Shown here one piece after another: positions 61,301-64,000 of a DNA stretch of 64,000 nt. The first letter of the stretch is position 1; each line of letters begins with the position of its first letter. Source of the DNA: Phoronis australis (lineage: Eukaryota > Animalia > Phoronida); assembly GCA_002633005.1 (NCBI GenBank), contig NMRA01000077.1, positions 496,001 through 560,000 on the forward strand, written 5' to 3'. A model generated the notes under the pieces. That model saw nothing but the letters and a program-made list of their open reading frames with translations, made no database searches and was not told where the DNA came from. The translations under genes were made by a program, and so were the position numbers.

Positions 61301-63304
61301 GTTGACACGCTCCATCACGTAATAGAGACTCAGATTATAATCTTTCCGCCATCTACCAGAGCTTGTTGCCGACTACCCGATAGACAGTGATGACATAACA
61401 GACACAAGCAAGGCCCCAGTTACCTGCCATTCCCACCCAATGAAGGTCTCGAGATGAGACCAAAAGCTAATGCTTTCTATAAACTTCATGGCTCTGAAAG
61501 GTAACTTTACACTGCTCGACCATCATGAAATTTTACAAAATTTCCTACTGAGGTGATCACAGCTGATGTAGATTTTTGGACAGGTCCACTTCTGTGAGAT
61601 CCCCAAGTGGAAAATTTAGTGTTATGCTTATGCCTCAGTATGTACCAAGTGTCTTGATGGATCTTCGTGAAGTGAGGTATATGTGTTTCAACTGGGAAGA
61701 GTATACCTGACATTTATTTTTGGACAATTCTTACTACTGTGGAACCCCTAGTGGCAGTTTAAGTTTTTGTTGCTGATGGCTATATCTGGATGTTTACAAA
61801 ATTTTTCAAATACGTTTCTATCAGGGAGGCAATAGAATTTGTCTTGTTTCAGACAGATTGAAGTTATGCTGCCCCCCCTCCCCCCCACTCCTAGTAGGCT
61901 TTTTATTTACATTACATGATACTAACAGATACTACTAGAAGCATACCCTTTGCTGTACAGTTATTGACTCATTCTGTTAAGTTACCTATAAATACCCTGT
62001 GCATAGGATTGCCTTCAGTTTAGTCAGTGTGGTATCAGCTGCTTGTGCATTATTAACATACCAAGATGAGCATAAAAGCAATGAGTTTGTGTGATGTGCT
62101 TTTGATTGCATTATCAGTTTTAGGAACTCATATTTTTGTAAAGTAAGGAATAAGCTCTCCGCCTTTAAAAGTATCACTTTAGCATTTGTTGTTTATGGAC
62201 ATATTCATTCATGAGAAATTGTACAGTAACTGTAAATTTGACTTTGTTGTGAAGATTGATCCCATTATGTTTTTGTCCACATATTTGTAGTTTTATTGGG
62301 CACATCGCTAGAATGGCCACTTCATGATAAAACAAGAATGAGGCACTCTATTAAACACAAAATACATCCTATGAGCTGTCAGCTTCATGTTCACTGTAGT
62401 ATAATCTTAGAAAACAACAAGTGTGAACTTGCTGTATTTCATGACTTGATTTTTTACATCAAAACTTTCAATGCTCGGTGTTGTATGAAACGGGATATCC
62501 TAAAGTAAAAGTTAGTAGCATTGTATTTAGCGCAGTGTATCAAAGAATTCATTACTAACTGTTATTGTTTATTTGTATTGTTGTCTGTCATTTTTATGCG
62601 CCCACATATTTATATGTGGACGCATTATGCCGTCATCTGGTGGCCATTTTTTGCCGTTTTCAAATCTGTTTTTGGCGTCACCCCCTTGATCAACCAAATC
62701 ATTCTAGTGATGGTTTTGAAAATTGGCCTGTACGTTTTCAGTGTGGAGAGGACGTTTGATGATGGCGACTGACTACTGTGGCGCCTCCTAGTGGTAGTTT
62801 TGTTTTATTTTGCACCCATAGCTCTATCTCCAAAATCCACTGCAGGATCTTTATTAAATTTAATAGTGAATTTATATGAAGATAACAGACGACGACTTTC
62901 AGACGGATGGAATGGACGTTGTGCCCGTAAGTGTAAATTACATGTTGTTCTGTTTTCCTTTGTTTCTTTGAAGTTCCTTGACAGATTTTTATGAAATATG
63001 GCATGTTCCCGTTTTTGGATGGATTGTACGTTTTTGCTCCGTCTAGTGGCCATTTTTATGATACAAGTAAATAACCCCATTTGCGATGCATTCGTGGGCG
63101 CATTTCAACGCTCCGCGATGCTCTTGTTATTTTTGAGATTACAATGGTTTTAAATTTTATGTATTTGTTCTTCAGGGTTACCGCACATTAGATGACTTGC
63201 GCAACAAGACTGACTTAACTCACAATCAAAAGGTTGGCCTCAAGTACTACGATGAATTCTTAGAGAGAATGTTGAGGACTGAAGCTGCAGAGATTGAAAA
63301 AGTG
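55307..63304 (+). CDS. POLL: DNA polymerase lambda (family X), 5' part; exons 55307-55819, 56343-56420, 57548-57655, 60931-61110, 63176-63304; continues beyond the window
   Basis: NLS (KRRK), BRCT domain (AGIGRARCDIFRKQI...THVIV...WLSTCL), KWVCSKSS, NHNQHITDKL, DRWRALGYQKAI, HhH motifs LPGVGKRLADKIWEI and IWGVGPTTA, GLKYYDEFLERM. Confidence 0.93.
56508..56575. repeat. (CT)n/(CTCCCT)n microsatellite
   Basis: Direct inspection. Confidence 0.9.
58306..59573. mobile_element. Putative non-autonomous TIR element in a POLL intron
   Basis: Inverted ends TATAGACCTAAGTCACG / CGTGAATTAGGTCTATA; superfamily not assigned. Confidence 0.5.
61145..61469. mobile_element. MITE with ~75-bp imperfect TIRs
   Basis: Left TAGTTTTCAGACTCGTGTCAAGACCTCCATTGG...TAACTGGGGCCT is mirrored by right AGGCCCCAGTTA...CCAATGAAGGTCTCGAGATGAGACCAAAAGCTA. 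Confidence 0.65.
62591..63128 (+). mobile_element. Helentron-associated (HINE/DINE-like) non-autonomous element
   Basis: TTTTT start; perfect subterminal inverted repeat ATGCGCCCAC (62596) / GTGGGCGCAT (63094); short 3' tail ending CTCTTGTT in T-rich context; no TSD. Confidence 0.65.
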
Positions 63305-63392
63305 GTCAGTCATTTGTTCCAAATGCTGTTGCTGAAAAATACAGTTTTGTCAAGTACCTGCCAATGCTGTTGAAATATATGTCAAACTACAC

Positions 63393-63681
63393 ATGTCATA
63401 GCGCACGTGTCATAGCGCTTGTGTCATAGCGCACGCGTCATAGTGCACGTGTCGTAGCGCACGTGTCGTAGCGCACGTGTCATAGCGCACGTGTCATAGC
63501 GCACGTGTCATAGCGCTCGCGTCATAGCGCACGCGTCATAGCGCACGCGTCATAGCGCACGCGTCGTAGCGCACGTGTCGTAGCGCACGCGTCGTAGCGC
63601 ACGCGTCGTAGCGCACGCGTCATAGCGCACGCGTCATAGCGCACGCGTCATAGCACACGTGTCATCGTGCACATGTCATAG
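63393..63681. repeat. 14-bp CpG-rich minisatellite (GTCATAGCGCACG[C/T])n, ~20 copies
   Basis: Direct inspection. Confidence 0.95.
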
Positions 63682-64000
63682 TCCCAGTTGTTGCACCAAC
63701 TGGATATTTTTGAGGCCTTCAGTGCAGCAACCAAAGCTAATAACAGACCTATATAAAAACATGTATCATGTATACTTCAACATTTTGCACTTGATATCAA
63801 AGATGCAATAACCATTTCCATTAATGAATAATACTGACTATTTTTGGAGACCTCAACTCAGCTCACAACCTTTGTGGCCTGTCTAAGTTAACCCAGCTCC
63901 AAAGCACTGGGTAATTGTTGGAACGTATTCCCTGAATTCAAGAGTGGATGTTAAAAACCCTAAAAATCAAGAAAAGGCACATATTTTGATGGAAAATTCA

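Overview
Eukaryotic (metazoan, probably lophotrochozoan invertebrate; inference from gene and repeat content) genomic DNA with spliceosomal GT-AG introns. Genes: the 3' end of a GRIP-domain golgin (GOLGA4, +); an intronless, membrane-anchored, apparently catalytically dead aldose-1-epimerase (GALM)-like gene nested antisense in a GOLGA4 intron; a complete EFTUD2/Snu114 gene (-); a head-to-head secernin-2/3-like gene (+); an unidentified 343-aa single-exon ORF (-); and the 5' half of DNA polymerase lambda (POLL, +). EFTUD2 introns carry five copies (three intact, two degenerate) of a box C/D snoRNA with a guide complementary to the conserved 28S rRNA sequence CCCUGUUGAGCU. EFTUD2 also shows a two-exon duplication joined at an N, most likely two assembled haplotypes differing by a hAT-like insertion. 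Tandem duplications create extra, reading-frame-destroying splice sites in both EFTUD2 and secernin. The rest is non-autonomous TIR elements, Helentron-like elements, tRNA-like repeats, decayed Gypsy/Penelope/HERO-like fragments and minisatellites. All calls were made by eye; no database searches were run.
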